64,000 bases of DNA from the human T2T-CHM13v2.0 reference genome, Homo sapiens. Location: NCBI RefSeq assembly GCF_009914755.1, contig NC_060940.1. One strand, written 5' to 3'. The position numbers and the translations under genes are program-made. The notes under the pieces were generated by a model. The model was not told the origin of the DNA. It searched no databases and saw nothing but the letters and a program-made list of their open reading frames with translations. Shown here in pieces: positions 46,200 to 64,000 of the stretch (position 1 is its first letter; the number at the start of each line of letters is the position of its first letter).

Positions 46200-47412
46200 T
46201 GTAAAGAATTGTATCTTCACCAAGGAGAGGTCTGGCTTTTACCTGTGAATTCTGGAAGGTAATCTCTAAACTCTTGAAATGTCATACCTAATAAGAGGGT
46301 CCGGGCCAGAAGCAGTGGCTCACACCTGTAATCCCAGCACTTTGGGAGGCCAAGGCAGGTGGATCGCTTGAGGTCAGGATTTTGAGACCAGCCTGGCCAG
46401 CATGGTGAAACCTGTCTCTACTAAAAATACAAAAATTAGCCAGGCATGGTGACGGGCACCTGTAATAATCCCAGCTACTCAGGAGGCTGAGGTTTCAGTG
46501 AGCTGAGATCATGCCACTGCACTCCAGCCTGGGCAACAGAGCAAGACTATCTCCAAAAAAAAAAAGGGGGGGGTGGCGGTGGGGGGAAGGTGTCCTTGTT
46601 CATCTGGGGGCTTTAGGCCACAGCAGAGTCTAATAATGTGACTTATGGTGGGGGCTTTGAGTCACATGGATCAGCTTGACCTCCAGTGGGGCTGGAGACT
46701 AAGGTTAGCCACATGGGCATGCAACCATGGAACCCCAGTAAAAACTTTGGACATAAAAAACAGAGTGAGCTTCCCTGGTAGGCAATAATTCATGAGTATT
46801 GTCGCACACCAGTGCCACCAGGAAGGTATCATTTTTCACAACTCTACAGGGACAGGACAATTTGAAACTCCAACATTTGGAACTTCCCCGAACTCTGCCC
46901 TACGCACCTCTACCCTTGGCTCATTCTAATCTGAATCCCTAAACTGCAATAAACTCTAACCATGGGTATGAGAGCTTTCAATGAGTTCTAGTGAGTCCTC
47001 CTGGCAAATCATCCAACCTAAGAGTCGTCTTGGCCAGGCACAGTGGCTCAAGCCTGTAACCCCAGCACTTTGGGAGGCCCAGGCAGGCAGATCACTTGAG
47101 CTCAGGAGTTTGAGACCAGCCTGGCAATATGGTGAAACTGTCTCTAAAAAATATAGAAAAACTAGCCAGGCGAGGTGGTATGCGCCCATAGATCCAGCAA
47201 CTCAGGTGGCTGACGTAGGAGGACTGCCTGAACCTGGGAGGGAGGAGGTCAGGGCACAGTGAGCTGTGATCATGCCACTGCACTCTCGCCTGGGTGACAG
47301 AGAGAGGCCCTGTCTCAAAAAAAAAAAAAAGAGTGGTCTTGGGAACCCCCAAACTTGCAACTAGTATTAGAAGCAAGGGTCATCTTATGGACTGGACTCC
47401 CTCTTACTCTGC
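46200..47412 (+). mobile_element. MER21-group (MER68/MER77-like) solo LTR with two Alu insertions (46304-46565, 47032-47330)
   Basis: TG...CA ends; gagaggtctggc, ccccagtaaaaact, gtgagcttccctggt, AATAAA, ggtcttgggaaccccc motifs. Confidence 0.7.
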
Positions 47413-47455
47413 ACTCATATTTAAAACCATTAAATATACTGTAGCTCAAAAAAAG

Positions 47456-56706
<9,251 letters not shown>

Positions 56707-56814
56707 ACCATTCTTAAAAATAAAGACACTTAGAGAGGAATCTAAAACACACTGGTTCTATTTTTAACTTCACCAATGCTAAAACAGCGGGTGGATTTTT
56801 TTTTTTTTTTGAAA

Positions 56815-57110
56815 AAGAAAAGGGAACAAATTTCACATAGGAGAATAGTTTTTGAAATCTTTGCACAACAGGGTGGCTATAGTAAATAATGATGTATTTA
56901 TTTGCAAAGAGAAGACAGAGATAACAATAGCAATAATAATAATGTATTTCAAACAATTAAGAGTAAATTTCAAATGCCTCACCACAAAATATAAGTAAGC
57001 AAAGTAAGGTGATAGTATGTTAATTAGCATGATTTAATCATACTACATTACACACATATATATAAACATTACGTTGTACCCTATGTGTACAATTATGATT
57101 TTTGAATTAA
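56815..57110 (+). mobile_element. L1MA-type 3' end
   Basis: gcacaacagggtggctatagtaaataat...aggtgatagtatgttaattagcatgatttaatcat. Confidence 0.8.
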
Positions 57111-58491
57111 TATTAGAGTGGGGAGAACAATAATGATTAATTTTTACTTCTTCAGTAAGATTACAATGAAAATGTAGAGAGCACTACCATCATAGTAACT
57201 ACACGATAGGCCACTTTAAATAAAAGGTATCTTTTACAAAATTTTTAGTCAATAAATTGATTACCACATACTTACGACCTATTTGCTATTAAGTGTAAGT
57301 TAATTTATAATTTTAGTATTCTCAAAAAAGGAACATATTAAAATCCTATCAATATTTCAAATAATGACAGAATTAATCATTTTTAATAGAATCCTTACTC
57401 AGGTCCTTCAAAAACAATATAAACTACGACTTCAGGTTGATTCCTTTAAATCTGACTAATGAATAAATGTTAAATCTCAAATTTCATAGTCCCAGTGCTG
57501 GAAAACCTATATTTTTATTTTTCTTCACGTTTATACAACGTTCGGACAGGCAAGAAATGTAATCAACCTTTTTAGGAAAGAATCCCAGGATTTGTTTTCT
57601 TTTCAATTAAATATATATGAATTCTGGGTGATATTGGTGATCATCTCTGGATCTTTTTACTCATCTAATGAGAAAAGGGTCTCATTATACAAAGAGGATA
57701 GTCAAAAAGCCTAATGATTTCCTCACATAAGTAGGTTTTTCTGTCTGGCAAATCTGAAGAAGTCAACGTAGAATCTGTCATTAATGCATTGAATCTGAAC
57801 TTCCACTATTAAAATCAAATTAGGGCCTGGAAATTAAGTGTTAACACTTCAGACAAGAAATTCCAGGGTTTGTATCATCAGGAATATAAACCAGGGACAC
57901 CCTCAAGAGGCTGAAGAGCAAGAGTCATGCACTGCTTCAGAGAATTAAATACTCCAAGATGAAAGTTAAAATTTCAAACACACGTATCACACATATACAT
58001 CTTTTAACATCAGGTTGAAATGCTAAAGGGAACAGAGTAAAGGTACGTTTTTAATTAATAAATTTAAATGAGAGAAAACTTTAAATTCAAAGAGCTTCAG
58101 TAAAAAAAAAAAGAAAATGTTAGCAATGTTATCAAATGTGGACGAAAAGCTAATATATGTCACTATGTAATCCAAGACATATTCATTAGTGGAGCCTTTT
58201 TTCTAGGCTATTAATATATTAGATGCCATCCAAAAACAAATATCTAGTAAATATTAAGTTTAACAACTTCTTAAAAACCTGTAGGTTCCCAAAGACATAT
58301 ACATGTATGTGCAGTGAGGCCACTGCTAAGCCTCTAATAATATTCTTGTAGACTACTAAAGTTCTCTATGATGATAAAAAGGGTAATAAAAAAAAAATCT
58401 AGTGTCTCCCCTTAATAAACAAAGAATGAGCATAACTTAGGAAGTTCGGTAACAAAAACAATCTATAATTCTGGTACCAGAAATCCCTCTG

Positions 58492-64000
<5,509 letters not shown>

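Overview
Primate (most likely human 16p) genomic DNA, not prokaryotic. The window holds 28 consecutive coding exons (exons 2-29) of SMG1, the PIKK kinase of nonsense-mediated decay, on the minus strand (41557 down to 2800). About 22 kb of the large intron 1 lies at 41558-64000; exon 1 and exon 30 onward are outside the window. All 28 exons have GT-AG boundaries and compatible phases and sum to 4142 nt (about residues 31-1412, the N-terminal HEAT/helical region as I recall the protein). This argues for the functional gene rather than an SMG1P segmental-duplication copy. Introns are very Alu-rich, with old L1, L2 and MIR fragments, MER58A and Tigger4 DNA transposons, a MER21-group solo LTR and a U13 snoRNA retrocopy. 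Most ORF-track entries are Alu translation artefacts. The most interesting signal is a repeat-poor island in intron 1 (about 44.4-45.8 kb) with three candidate small exons whose donors each put an ATG in frame with exon 2; two of them also stop the canonical frame. This suggests a poison-exon or alternative N-terminus switch in the NMD kinase itself. Several other PTC-generating cryptic splice sites were found. Exon coordinates were read base by base; repeat coordinates and subfamily calls are approximate and from recalled consensus sequences. No database searches were run.
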